Source of the DNA: Octopus sinensis
Lineage: Eukaryota
DNA length: 64,000 bases
Direction of reading: 5' to 3'
NCBI RefSeq assembly: GCF_006345805.1
Contig: NC_042997.1
Location: 208,072,001 to 208,136,000 of the forward strand
The notes beneath the pieces were generated by a model, which had not been told where the DNA came from, did not search any database, and was given only the letters and a program-made list of their open reading frames with translations. Positions 26,682 to 40,348 of this stretch are shown here, piece by piece (within the stretch, counting starts at the first letter, position 1; each line of letters starts with the position of its first letter). The position numbers and the translations under genes were made by a program.

Positions 26682-27179
26682 CACATCGTCGCTTATTTCT
26701 CTAATTTTGTCACAGATTGGCTGACCAAAAATTGTTACCAAAAATCACAAAAGAATATTTTTCTCCCTCGTGTTTGCCCCCTCTCTCTAAGCCTCACTCT
26801 GTCTCTCCCTCTCTCTGTTTCATTTATCACTTGCTTCACCAATACTTCCCCCTCATCCTCCACCACCACCCTATATAATCTAGCGCATGCACTCAGATTC
26901 CCCTACTCGATTTTTAATAACTCCCCTGAAAGAATACAAATACAAATCCAGAAGATGCACTCGCAGTACGCCCCGCCCTCCCACCCCCTCCACCTGTACC
27001 GGAAGTTCCTATTCTCTGTCGTCCTTTGTTTGTCTCCCGCAAACGCTTCTAAAGGCTTAACGCCATCCCCACCCCTACCTGGGGGTGCCTAAAAAGGATG
27101 CTGTAGTGTACGCAGGTTGAAGGCTATTGTTTGTTTATGAATTCTACCATAGGTGAGCTTTCCTTTCACGTACATGACA

Positions 27180-30100
27180 CTGCTGTCCCTCATCCCAGGG
27201 TCTCAAGGGCTCACACCTCCCACACCTTCAGGGTTGGCACACTGAAAGGTAGGTCTAGGGAGATGTGTCAATACGTGCTGCCTCCAAGAAGTAAAGTGGA
27301 GAGGAGGTTCCACTAGGTTCCTCACAGGCAAAGAACACGGGTACAAGATTTTCTGGGCAGGGAACACTGACAGGGTCAGGGGTGTGAGTATACTTCTTTT
27401 GGAGAAATGGGTTGATAAGGTAATCGAGGTAGTCAGAGTATGCGACAGAATACTTAAGATTAGATTAGCACTTCATCTTGGCTTAGTAACCATTATCTCA
27501 GCCTATGCCCCTCAGTTGGGACTACGTGATGGACAGAAAGACCGATTCTATGACACCCTCTTGCAGACTACCTCATTGACAAATGACAGGGACCTTCTCT
27601 TTGTGGCTGGTAACTCCAATGGACATGTTGGACAACATGCTGGGGGCTTCCATGGCATACATGGAGGCTACGGATTTGGCTCTCGCAATGAGGAGGAAAC
27701 CAGGCTGCTGGAGTTCTGCAATACTAACTTCAGGAAAGTCACCTAGTCACCTACGATTCAGGCAGGTACACTACCCAAATTGACTACATCCTCACCAGAA
27801 AAAGAGTAAGATGGCTGCTTATTAATGCCAAAACCTTCCCTGGTGAAGAATGTACCCCACAACATAGACTAGTAGTTAGCAACTTCAGGATCAGGGCTAA
27901 ATGGATACCCAAAAGATGACCAGCATGGACAAGAAGGGTCTGGAAGCTTAAAGATCCTGTGAATGGACAGAGATTTAGAGACATATTATTCGAAGCCTTT
28001 GATGAAATAGAAGGGGATACAGCATCACATGATTTTGAAGACAACTGGAGGTTTCTACAGGACAATCTGCTGAGGGCCACTGAGCAGATCTGTGGATGGT
28101 GCAAAGTCCCCTCTCGACCCAAAATAACGTGGTGCTGGAACAATGTTGTTGACAGGACCATCAAGGAAAAGAAACAGGCATGGAAGGACTGGAAGAACAG
28201 TGGTAGCAGGGAAGTGTATCAGACTGCCAGAATGGAAGCTAGGAGACAGGTTTATTTAGCCAGAGGGGAAGCAGATAAAAAAAAATTTGCCAATGTTCTG
28301 TGCCGTGAGGACCAAAGACTTGAGGTATTTCGTGTTGCAAGACAGTGTGTGAGAGAGAATCATGATGTGGCAGGAGAGAAATGTGTCCGTATGGATGATG
28401 GTTCACTTGCACAAGATGAGGCTACAAAGAGAGAGGTTTGGAGACGCCACTATGAAAGGTTGCCAATGTCGACCCCACTCAGGGACCAGCTATCCATTTT
28501 GACAGTACCTTGGTAGATAAAGCAATTAAGAGTATGAAGACAGGGAAAGCCCCCGGCCCATCTGGAATCACTGCAGAGATGCTTAAAATATCTGGCAGTG
28601 TTGGCTATAGCCTAGTCACCCGTATAGTTAACCAGGTGATACACGAAGCAGTCATACCCAATGACGGGTGTAGCAGCATAATAGTCAACTGCTACAAAGG
28701 TAAAGGTGACGCTTTAGATACAAATAATTACAGAGGTATCAAGTTGTTGGATCAGGTAACGAACGTCACGGAGAGGATCATAGCTCAACTAATTAGGGAG
28801 AGTGTCAGTCTGGATAAGATGCAGTTTGGCTTCGTGCCAGGCAGAAGCACCACTGATGCTATATTTCTGGTAAGACAGCTGCAGGAGAAATACCTAGCCA
28901 AAGATAAGCCCCTGTAGCTGGCTTTTGTTGATATAGAGAAAGCCTTTGACAGGGTCCCCCCGGTCCCTTATCTGGTGGTCAATGAGGAAACTAGGGATAG
29001 ATGAATGGTTAGTGAGAGCTGTTCAAGCCATGTACAGGGATGCTGTCAGTAAGGTGAGGGTTGGCAACGAGTACACTGAAGAATACAGGGTAGAGGTAGG
29101 GGTCCACCAAGGTTCAGTCCTCAGACCCCTCCTATTTATCATAGTCCGCTGGGCAGTAACAGAGGAATTCAAGACTGGATGCCCTTGGGAGCTTCTCTAT
29201 GCTGATGACCTTGCTCTAATTGCTGAGTCACTATCAGAACTAGAGGAGAAGTTTCAGGTGTGGAAGCAAGGATTAGAATTGGAGGGCCTTAGAGTCAACT
29301 TGTCTAAAACCAAAGTCCTGATAAGTAGGAATGTAGAAAACCACAAACGCCTTCAGGTAGATGGCCCTGCTCGATCTGCACCAAGTGTAAGCAATGGACA
29401 CATAAGAGGTGCAGCAATGTCAAAGTAAAGCTAACTGGGAAGATAGTTTTTGTATGTGGCAGATGCTCAGGAGCAATAAACTCTGAAAATGTGCAGAGAA
29501 CAACTTCTGCCACATTCCAGGGAGAAAAACTAGAAGTAGTTGATAGCTTCCATTACCTAGGTGACCAAGTCAGTAGCGAAGGAAGGTGAGCTGAAAGTGT
29601 AGCTGCTAGAAAAAGAATAGCTTGGGCAAAGTTCAGAGAGTTCTTACCGTTGCTGGTGACAAAAGGCCTTTCACTCAGAGTAAAAGGTAGACTGTATGAC
29701 GCATGTGTATGAACAGCCATGATACATGGCAGTGAAACATGGGCTGTGACTGCTGAGGACATGTGTAAGCTCGCAAGGAATGAAGCCAGTATGATCCGAT
29801 AGATATGTAATGTCAGTGTGCATACTCGACAGAGTGTTAATACCTTGAGAGAAATGTTGGACCTAAGAAGCATCAGTTGTGGTGTGCAAGAGAGACGACT
29901 GTGCTGGTATGGCCATGTGGTGAGAATGGATGTGGATAGCTGAGTGAAAAAGTGCCACACCCATGCGGTTGAGAGAACCTGTGGAAGAGGTAGACCCAGG
30001 AAGACCTGGGATGAAGTAGTGAAGCATGACCTTTGAGATTAGGCCTCACCGACGCAATGACTAGTAACTGGGACTTTTGGAAATATGGTGTGCTCGAGAA

Positions 30101-30920
30101 GACCCGGCAAGCCAAATGAGACCATAACCCGTGGCCTATGCCAGGAGTGTAACCAGCCCACTTATGCATACCTTTCCTTCATTAGACACTATACTCTGCT
30201 TCCAAAGCTCTATTGAGGCAAGGGAAATCGAAATCAAAATCAAATTCGATACCAGCACAGCATGACTGGCATCCTTGCCAGTGGGGTAGTAAGAGCACCA
30301 TCTGAGCATGATCGTTGTCAGGGCCACTGACTGGCTCCCATGCTGGTGGCATGTAAAATGCACCATTCAAGCGTGACTGTTATGAATGTCATTCTATTGG
30401 CACCTATGCTGGTGGCACATGAAAAACAAGATTTGAGCAAGGTCGTTGGCAATCCCACTAGACTTGCTCCTGTGCAGGTGGCACATAAAAACACCATTTG
30501 AGCGTGACCGTTGCCAGTACCACCTGACTGGCCCTCATGCCGGTCGTATGTAAAAGTACCCACTACACTCTCAGAGTGGTTGGCATTAGGAAGGGCATCC
30601 AGCTGTAGAAACTCTGCCAGATCAGACTGGAACCTAGTGCAGCCATTTGGCTTGCCAGTCGTCAGATTTTACGACACCTGCTTGCAGAATACCTCGTTGG
30701 CGAATGACAGGGACCTTCTTTTTTTGGCTGGTGACTTCAATGGACATGTTGGACAATATGCAGGGGGCTTCCATGGCATACATGGAGGCTATGGTTTTGG
30801 TTCCCACAATGAGGAGGGAACCAGGCTGCTGGAGTTCTGCGATGCAAATGATCTTATGGTTTGCAATACAATACTAAACCATGCCAGCATGGTAAGTGGA
30901 TTTTAAACAATGATGATTAT
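27180..30920 (+). mobile_element. RTE-clade LINE, near full length, inactivated
   Basis: APE starting RVGTLKGRS, then RT LYADD, C-terminus, 3'UTR and tail; several stops and frameshifts; extra APE fragment at about 30660-30870. Confidence 0.93.
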
Positions 30921-30959
30921 ATATTTATATGTGTGTGTGTGTGTGTACTATGTTTAGAT

Positions 30960-31562
30960 ATGATAAACATAGTAAATCTACAACACTCGCCAACCACATA
31001 TATCATCTCAAAAATGCAAATATACCCTATACTCTATCATGGTCCATACTGTACTCAGGACTTCCCTACCAAGGTCAACACCCAACCTGCAAACCTTGCC
31101 CGAAGGAGGCACCTCACATCTTAAAACACAACTCTCAAGCACTGCTAAATAAACATAATGAGGCACTAAGCACATGCAACCACTGCTTTTTTCACACATT
31201 CAAATTCTACCACAAATCCAAATGCCTAAATGACCATACAGTACATTTCCACAATACCCCTTAGGTAATCCCAATAACCTTATAAATCTACATTCTAACT
31301 CCTAACCCCTATCTTATTCCTCACTCATACTTGAATATCACAACCATCTAATTATATTCCTGTGTATGTGCATCCATCCATATGTGCGTGTATATGTATG
31401 TGTGTGTGTGTATGTGTGAATGAATGTATGTATGCAAGGTATATATACCTGCGTATACAGGGGCGATAATACATGCAGATGTACATATATATGGGTGCGC
31501 ATGTGAGCATATACATACAAGTAAGAGTTGTGTGTGTAGATATTGATATCTATAAACATATG

Positions 31563-31599
<37 letters not shown>

Positions 31600-32440
31600 A
31601 CACGTCTGATATATACATGTGTATACATCTTCACATATATATTTTCTTATATTGCTAATCACTGAAGTGCTAAACCATGTAAATTCCTTAATTCTTCATA
31701 CTACTAACCCCATCTTACACTGAGACTCCACCACTACACATTTGTCACTCCTTTACCTCTTAGCCCCACACCCCCAATTCCTTCTAACTTTTTACACTCT
31801 AATACCTTTCTCTTTCCATCACCCTTTATCTCCCCACTCCTATTTTCAAATTATTTCCACTGACCCCTAACTGGTACACTTTCCTTTATCTATATCTTTG
31901 TTTTTCTTTTCTCTTATTTTTTTCTTTCCTTTATTCCTCACTTCCTGTTTTTTTATTTTATTATTTCATTATTTTCTTCTTACTTTCTTCTTTTTTCTCT
32001 TCTTCTTCTTTCCTTATTCTTCTCTTCCTGTTTTCAATTTGACCCTATGAATATGATCCCTATTTTTAGGTCACTTTAAAGAAAACCCTTGATTCAATAA
32101 CACTGTGTATAAACTCTATACTTGGAATGACCAATTTTAAATACTATTGGATTTTACTCATAAGGTATTGGAATCTTATATATATATATATATACCATTC
32201 AGCCTAAAAAATGGATCTACACATACAATTTCCCTATGCATCTCACATCTAATTTTTTTCCTCCACCTCTGTTTTGTATCACATCTAAACTAACTATGAC
32301 TTAACCATCCTCTCACACCGTCTCCGATGAAGGGATATAATCAATAAATATCCTGGAAACAGCTGTAAGACCTTCTATCTACAAATGTTCTAAAATCTAC
32401 ACAGCCTTGGTTTCTTATCTCATTACAAAAAAAAATTTTT
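30960..32440 (+). mobile_element. Penelope-like element 3' end (GIY-YIG C-terminus and terminal repeat)
   Basis: STTLANHIYHLKNANIPYTLSWSIL..C..C..E...LLNKHNEALSTCNH matches the Penelope endonuclease C-terminus; hammerhead motif at 32320-32371. Confidence 0.8.
32320..32371 (+). ncRNA. Minimal type I hammerhead ribozyme candidate (core variant)
   Basis: GTCT-CCGATGA-AGGGATAT..ATATCCTG-GAAAC-AGCT-GTA-AGAC: stems I, II and palindromic III, GUA cleavage triplet; CUGA changed to CCGA. Confidence 0.65.
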
Positions 32441-32959
32441 ATATATATATATAAATGTGTATATATATACATAAATTTGTGTGTGTATATATATATGTAT
32501 GTATGTATAAAAGAGAGAGAGAGAGAGAGAGAAAGAAAGAATAAAGATTTGTATTTCTTCATCCAATACTGTAAGAAGTTACTTCTTTTAAAGAATCTCA
32601 CTCACTTTCTCTCTCTCTCTCTCCCTCTCCCTCTCTGTCTGTCTGTCTGTCTGTCACTGTTTTTTCCTCTAGCTCGTCCCTATACACAATCAACCTAGAC
32701 AACTCACAGGCACTGTCCACCTTGGTTTCCTTCATTCAATCGTTTCAGAAAACTAGTTGAATGATTATTTCTCTCTCAGTCATTTTTTCCATATTCTTCA
32801 CCAGTTTCATGAATTAAAGTCCCTCTTTAAAGACATCCCAAGATGGCAATGTGCTTCTGTGAAAGTAGACTCTATTCAAAAACTAATATGCATTTTCATG
32901 TCTCAAATGTTTCTTCTATTTCAATATTGGTTTACATTCATCATTATCACCACCACCAC

Positions 32960-35058
32960 CACCACCACCACCATCATCATCATCGTTTAACATTTGTTGT
33001 CTATGCTTGTATGGGTTGAAGAGTTTGACTGGGGCTGGCAAGCTGTAAGGCTGCCCTTCCTAATGCTCACCACTCCAAGAGTGGTGACCATTAGGTATCT
33101 GCCATGGCTGTGATTTTTCATGGATTGCTGGGTAATTTTTGCTTCCATGAGGCCCAATGCTTGAAAGGCACTCTCTACATGCCAGTTATGTGACACCAGC
33201 ATCAGCTATGTCTATGATTTGACTTGGTTTGACAAGTCTTCTCAAGCACAGCATTTCGCCAAAGGTCTCAGGGACCAGTGCTTGGCTATCACAGCCCATG
33301 TTTCACTGCCCTCTAACATGGCTGTATGCACAAAGGCATCAAACAATCTGCCTTTCACTCTGAGAGAGAGGCCTTCATTGCCAGCAGAGGTAGGATCTCT
33401 CTGAACTTTGCCCAGCATAATCTTATTCTTACAGCGATGCTCTCAAAGCATCCACCTCCACTACTAACTTGGTCACCTAGATAATGGAAGCTATCTACTA
33501 CCTCTAGCTCCCAGGGCAGTTGATGGAGTCTATTTCCTACACATTTTTAGCGTGTATTGTACCTGTGCATCTCCCACATACAAAAGCTAGTTTCCCTGTT
33601 AACCTTCCTCTGATATTGCTACATCTCTTATGTGTCCATTGCTTGCTCTGGGTACATCTTATGGAGTTTCTACCTATGCCTTTTCTACAGATCGAGCAGG
33701 GCCATCTATCTGAAGGGATTTGTGATTTGTCTGCCTTCCTACTTATTAAGACTTTGGTTTCTGCGAGGTAAACTCAAAGGCCCTTCAATTCTAAGCTTTG
33801 TTTCCATACCTGGAATTTCTCTAGTTCACATAGTGATTCAGCTATAAGAGCAAAGTCATCAACAAAGAGGAGCTCCCAGGGGCAGCCGCTCTCAAATTCC
33901 TCTGTTATTGATTGGAGGACTATGATGAACAAGAGATGGCTGAGGACCGAACCCTGGTGAACCCCTACTTATACCCTGAATTCTTCACTGTACTCATAGC
34001 CAACTGGTAGCATCCCTGTACAAGGCTTGTAAAGCTCTCACTAACCACTCATCTATCCCTAGTTTCTGCACTGACCACCAGATAAGAGGACTCTGTCAAA
34101 AGATTTCTCCAAGTCAACAAAAGCCAAGTACAGAGGTTTATCTTTGGCTAAGTATTTCTCCTGCAGCTGTCTTACTAGAAATAAAGAACAAAGCCAAACT
34201 AGATTTCATCTAGACTAACTCTCTCTCTGATTAGTTGGGCTACAACCCTCTCTGTAACTTTCATCACCTGATCCAACAATTTGATACCTCTGTAATTATT
34301 TCTATTTAGGCATCACCTTTACCTTGGTAGCAGTTGACTATTAAGCTGCTACACCAGTCATTGGCTATGACTTCCTTCATGAACCACTTGATTCACAACA
34401 TGGGTGACTTGACCATAACCCACATATTAAGCATTTCAATGGTGATTCCTGAAGGGCCGAGAGATTTTCCTCTCTTCATATCCTTAATTGCTTTATCTAC
34501 CAGGGTATTGTCCATTCAGGGAGCTGGTCCTTCAGTTTTGTCAACCTTTGACAGACTCTCCTCCTTGCATTCATTCTCTATGTTCAGCAGTCTTTCATAA
34601 TGGCTTCTCCAAGCCTCTTCCTTTGCAGAATCACTAAAACAAGTGCACCATCATCCAAATGGACACATTTCTTTCCAGTGACATCACGATTTCCCCTCAC
34701 ACACTGTCTTGCAATCTGAAATACTTCAGGTCCTTGTTCCTCGTGTTGCTGAACTTTGGCAAACTTCTTCATTTCTGCTCGTCCCTTGGCTATATATCTG
34801 ACTCCTAACCTCCCTTCTGGCTGTCAGGTACAGTTCCCTGCTACCTCCAGTCTTCCAGGCCTGTTTCTTTGCTCTAATGGTCCTGTCTACAGTATCGTTC
34901 CACCACCACATTACCTTAGGTTTTGAAGGGACTTGTACCAGCCACAGATTTAGCCTGTGGTGGTCTACAAACTGTCCCTCAGGGATTCTCAGTAGCCTTT
35001 TATATCACAAGTCCTCCCTTTCGTTAAATTTCTCAATTAGGATGTCCCTAAAGCACTG
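32960..35058 (-). mobile_element. RTE LINE, decayed
   Basis: Reverse strand MWWWNDTVDRTIRAKKQAWK, EVFQIARQCVR, RT and zinc-finger remnants; tail near 32960. Confidence 0.9.
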
Positions 35059-35059
35059 A

Positions 35060-36890
35060 CCATATGAAAGAACAGGGTATGGATATAAAATTGGCAAGAG
35101 GAAAACAAGTCATCTGTTTTATGTGGATGACTTAAAACTTTATGGCAAAGGTGATAATGAGCTTGAAGGACTACTACGTACTGTGAAAGCATTTAGTGAT
35201 GACCTTGGGATGGAATCTGGTTTTGATAAATGTGTCAGGGTCACTTTCCAGAAAGGGAAATTGAAGACGTCACATTCAGTGGAGTTGGATGTTGACACAG
35301 TCATAAAAGAACTCAAGCAAGAAGAAACTTACAAATACCTCGGAATAAATGAGGCTCGCCTCGTTCCTGTGTGCACATGGAAAGTTAGTCCAGTTATTCA
35401 ATGAAATAATAAGAGATCCTGCGAAAACACCCGACTGGTTAGCAAGAGGTATTACTTACCTACACCTGAAGAATAATGGAACCAACTTTCCCCAAGACTA
35501 TCCACCCATGACATATCTATCTGCCACGTATAAAATTTTAGCATCCATCCTCATGGAGAAAAACATACAAATTTATGGAACAGAATGATATTTTCCCCAC
35601 TGAACAAAAAGGGTGCCGACAAGGCTCATATGGATGCAAAGACCAACTCTTAATGAATAGCATGGCCCTTGAGGAACTGTCATAACAAATGCAGAAATCT
35701 CAGTTCTGCATGGATTGATTATCAAAAAAGGCCTTTGACAGCATGCTGCATTCATGGATCTTGAAATCGCTGGATATCTTCCAAATTTCTCTTGTGATTT
35801 CACATTTCCTGAGGCACAACATGTCAATGTGGAATACAAATCTCCAATTATACCACTCTGATGGAGTTCTGACCACAAAAAATATTAATATCAACTGTGG
35901 CATTTTCCACTTTCATCCTTAATTTTATTCATAGCCCTAATGAACTTAACAGAACAGGGTATGGATATAAAATTGGCAAGAGGAAAACAAGTCATCTATT
36001 TTATGTGGATGACTTAAAACTTTAAGGCAAAGACGATAATGAGCTTGAAGGACTACTACGTACTGTGAAAGCATTTAGTGATGACCTTGGGATGGAATTT
36101 GGTTTTGATAAATGTGCCAGGGTCACTTTCCAGAAAGGGAAACTGAAGACCTCACATTCAGTGGAGTTGGATGTTGACACAGTCATAAAAGAACTCAAGC
36201 AAGAAGAAACTTACAAATACCTTGGAATAAATGAGGGTTCTGGCATTCAGCATGCAAGAATGAAAGAGAAGGAATGGTAAAGGTGAGTTCAAGCAGTCCT
36301 AAAATCCGAGTTAAATGCACGTAACAAGGTGTTAGCAATAAATTCCTTAACAGTTCTGGTTGTTATTTACAGTTTCAATGTATTCAACTGGAATATGAGT
36401 GAAAAAAGGAAGATTGACAGGAAAATCCTTGAGTTGCCGAGTTGCAAAAAGAGGCACCAACCAAAGGCAGATGCAGATCGTCTTTACCTACCCAGAGCTC
36501 AAGGAGGTCGAGGCTTGGTTTGATTTGAAACCTCCTACAAAACCATCACAACTGGACTGGCCAAATATCTTGAAACATCTAATGAATGGATGCTAAATCT
36601 CATTGAAATTGGAAGTGCAACAACTGTAGCTGCAAAGAAGGTGAAACCAATAGCAAAGCAAAATGCGCTTGGACAATTGGATGATGGGTGGGAACAAAAT
36701 CCTCTGCATGGCAAATATGTGGCCCGTAGCAAACAAGCTGATGTAGACCAGAAGCACAGCCATCAGTGTCTAGGGAGCTCAGAGCTTAAAGGTAGAGAGA
36801 GAGAAGGCTTTATCTTGGCTACCCAAGATCAGAATCTACTGACATGGAGCTATCAAGTCAATGTGATGAAAAATGGGGCAGACCCATGAT
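35060..36890 (+). mobile_element. R4/Dong-like RLE LINE fragment with internal duplication
   Basis: YVDDLKLYG, GMEFGFDKC, YKYLGI, HQPKADADRLYLPRAQGGRGL and PLHGKY; 35070-35355 duplicates 35950-36235. Confidence 0.85.
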
Positions 36891-37733
36891 GTAATTGGAT
36901 AGCATGGACCTACCTGCCTTTCCAGGTGCTGAGCTGCAGGCCCACCGACTTTTCTTGGTTACTTTTTGTTCATGTCACCAACTCTTATTCCCTTAGAGCA
37001 ATGTCAACCTGCTCTATTGTTTGACACTAACATGGTGACAACTGGATATGCTCTCCTACATCCTATTTCATGTGGGATGCCTTTCAATGATTTCAGTCTC
37101 TGTAGTAATGGCTCAAGAGCCAGTACATACAGAAGAGGCAAGAGAGGACACCCTTACCAGACAGAATGCATGATAGTGAATGGTTCCAATGGGAAACCAT
37201 TCGCCGGAACTACTAAGCAAATGTCACAATACATTGCAGTGATCCAGCCATGGAAAAATGGGACAGAAATGATGATAGCCACCAATTTTTGGTGGTTGAC
37301 CCTATTAAAAACTTTAAATTTACTCAAATTGATCAGGGCCCCACCCACGCTATGTTTCTTACCCACCCTATCTATGATGTATCGCATGAGTTGGAGGTCG
37401 TCATGGATGGATCCGCTTGGGATTGTACATATTTGTGCATCACCAATCAGTTCTTCAATGACAAGTGCCAACTTCTTTGCTAACACCTTGACCAAAGTTT
37501 TGAATTCTGCATTCTAGAGCATGATGGTCTTAAAGTTTTCTACTGCTTGGGTCCTTTTTTTGTAAAAGTTCCACTAATGCTACCAGTTGCAGTAGATATT
37601 TGCAAAAAGGTTGCCAAACAAGTTTGGCATATAAAAGTAAGACTCTTCAGGCAGGCCATCCTAACTAGACAATCTACCCTATGTCCATCCCATCATCACA
37701 TCCACTATTTCCACAGCTGTTATCCTCTTTTAA

Positions 37734-40348
37734 CCCTTTCGTTACTATATTTGTGACCAAAAAACACCCCTCATGAGTTTCAATTAAATTCTAAAATAAT
37801 CATGAATTTAGACTAGTTTCATTAAACAACTATAACTTTTTTACTTATCAACATATTACTGTGATATTTGGAACATAATTGAAGAAAGGGTTCTTAATCA
37901 ATTCCATTGCATAATTATTGTCTCAAAGTGACTCTAATTACAGGTAAATCCAGGTAAACTGAGCAAAAGGTAAAAATATTAAAATTTTGCTTAAACATTA
38001 CCATAGAAAATCAGTCCTCAGCTAATATTTAATTGAGGTATGCAACAAAATTTTGATATAGAAGAATTGTGCACATCACTAGATTATCAGTTGAATTTAA
38101 TGCACAGAAAAACAGGTGTACCATAAAGGTAAAATAAACTGAAATATTAGAATTTGTTTTTGAAGAAAACTAGAAAATTAAATACAACTGAATGAAATAT
38201 GCTCACACACATACATGAATACACAGGAACATATATAATAAAGATTAACAATAGAAATTAAATCAAAACTTGTCACTCACCTTACAGGCAAATTAAAATT
38301 ACAGGTAAATTAAAATAAAAAGTTAAAACTAAGTAAATTTGAAAAATATTTATACAATTTAATTATACATATATACAAACAATATTTACACTATATTTCT
38401 ATCATGGAAAGTTGTAAAACATCTCACTCTACATACTGCAACCTGGCAGAATGCACATTGGAAGGATGTTTCAACTGGCCGTCCACTGGGAGTTTTTCTT
38501 TTTTGATATAGACATTCACGGCACTGCCTTTTGCGACCCCCGATTTTTTCTAATTTATGTAGATCGGCTGAACTCAGAGGAATATCTCTCTGGCAGGCTT
38601 TGCTTTTCCTTCCTGCATTTATTTTTTTTGAGGAATATCCTGCCTTCAACTTAATTGCTACATCTGCCCGGAACTGCAGATAGTCGCACCGCTTGCGAAT
38701 CCCTCCTGATTTGGTATATAATATAAATGCATTTACAATGCTCATGTTTACTATATACCAAACCAGGTATCGCCACCATTTATTACCCGGTCTACCAACC
38801 GGATAATAACTCATCATCTGGTTCAGCTGATCCACACCGCCCATGTACTTGTTATAATCAAGGTTCACAAACGGAGTGCCATTTTCATCTACACATGGGT
38901 GTGCACTGGTAGATAGAAAATTTATCTGCCTCTTATCTCTGTATGCGGTCGCTAGCAGATTTCCTTTCTGCCGTTGGATTATTTCACCTCTTTTTTTTAA
39001 TTTTGCTTTTTTCATATCCAACGGCAGCCCTTTTCTACTAGCAATTACTGTAGAACACGTATACATTGCCACAACTTCTAAATCCTCCGCAAGTTTGACC
39101 GAACTGAAAAATCGGTCAAAAAATAATATATGGTCCTGGTTATGGTATGGAAGTGATAAATTCCAGACCACATCATACCCTAGGCCATGCTGACTTACAT
39201 AATTGTCTCTTTTCTCTGTATAGAAGTTAAATCCACAGCAGTACCCAGTATTTGATTCACATATCTTCCAAACTTTGATCCCCCATTTTGTGGGCTTTCC
39301 TGGCATATACTGCCGAAAACGTACTTGGCCTTTATAGCCCACCATACCCTCATCGACGGATAAATACCTTCCAGGGTTGTAAAATTTTTTGTAGGCATTT
39401 TGAACACCGTCAATGAGGGGTCTTATTTTAAATAAGGGATCAAAGTTTGGTTCTCCACGTACGGGGGTACTGCTAGTGTCTCTCACATGTAAATACTGGC
39501 TCAGTTTTACAAATCGTATTCGGGTCATAATACTGGAAACACAATGATCCCCAAAAAGTTCCTGGTTGCTCCAGTAATTCGTTATTCTGGGCAATTGCCT
39601 TATGCCCATAATAATATTTATGGCAAAAAATGCCCGCATTTCTTCTACAGTTGTTGGGTACCACAAGCTATCTTTTTTTCGGGCTTGCTTACTTTCTGCA
39701 TAACGGTTTGTCTCCGCAGTTATAGCTTCAAACAAGCATACAGGAAAAAATAAATAAAAAAAAGTCTATTGGTCTCGCTTCCTGAGAAAGACTATGGGTA
39801 GACCCTGTCTCCTCAGAAAAATCGTTAATCGACCCTTTTTTTAAATTGTTACTCCATTCTGGTGTAAATTTATCCTTGTTTGTGTTGCTGCTTTCACTTT
39901 CTGATGAATCGCTTTCATTCTCTGATAAATCGCTTTCGGATATTGAAACATCCGATTCAAATTCATCCACCACGTGCTTTTCTGCTTCATACGTTCTTCT
40001 CCTCGAAATCTCCATATCTTCTCTTGAAAAACCTTCAAATTCGGAGTCACTGCTTGATAGCATAAAACTGCTCTCCATTTTGAAAGTTGAAAAAAATTTC
40101 CATTGATAAAAATTTGGAAAAAAATCTCCAAAAATTCGCAGAGTTCAAATATCAAGCCAAACAATGTCAGATACAATAACTCAACTGTTAGCAAAGTGAA
40201 ATCACGTGTTTTAACGAGTGTACCAACGAGATTTGGGTTCAAATTTACATTTAAATAACAATAGCTTCTCACAGCCGGGTATGGCCGGCTTAGTAACATA
40301 AACCAAAAAATTTTGCAGCCAGGTATGGCCGGGTTAGTAACGAAAGGG
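37734..40348 (-). mobile_element. Full-length piggyBac DNA transposon
   Basis: TTAA at 37730-37733 and 40349-40352; perfect 14-bp TIRs CCCTTTCGTTACTA; subterminal direct repeat cagccrggtatggccggsttagtaac. Confidence 0.96.
38386..40078 (-). CDS. piggyBac transposase (PGBD4-like), one frameshift in a homopolymer
   Basis: Acidic N-terminus; SVDEGMV, YMPGKPTKWGIK, FFDRFFSS and YNKYMGGVD give the DDD triad; C-terminal Cys-rich domain; the 116-aa and 449-aa ORFs join if one T is removed near 39756-39763. Confidence 0.92.

Noticed and set aside
31338-31662. ORFs rich in YI, HT or CV repeats (also 48204-48680, 60308-61911, 62549-62900)
   Set aside because: Translations of (TA)n and (CA)n microsatellites.
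40060-40140. piggyBac acting as an exon trap, as in CSB-PGBD3
   Set aside because: Orientation fits and a pyrimidine tract is present, but there is no AG acceptor just upstream of the ATG; unsupported without transcript data.
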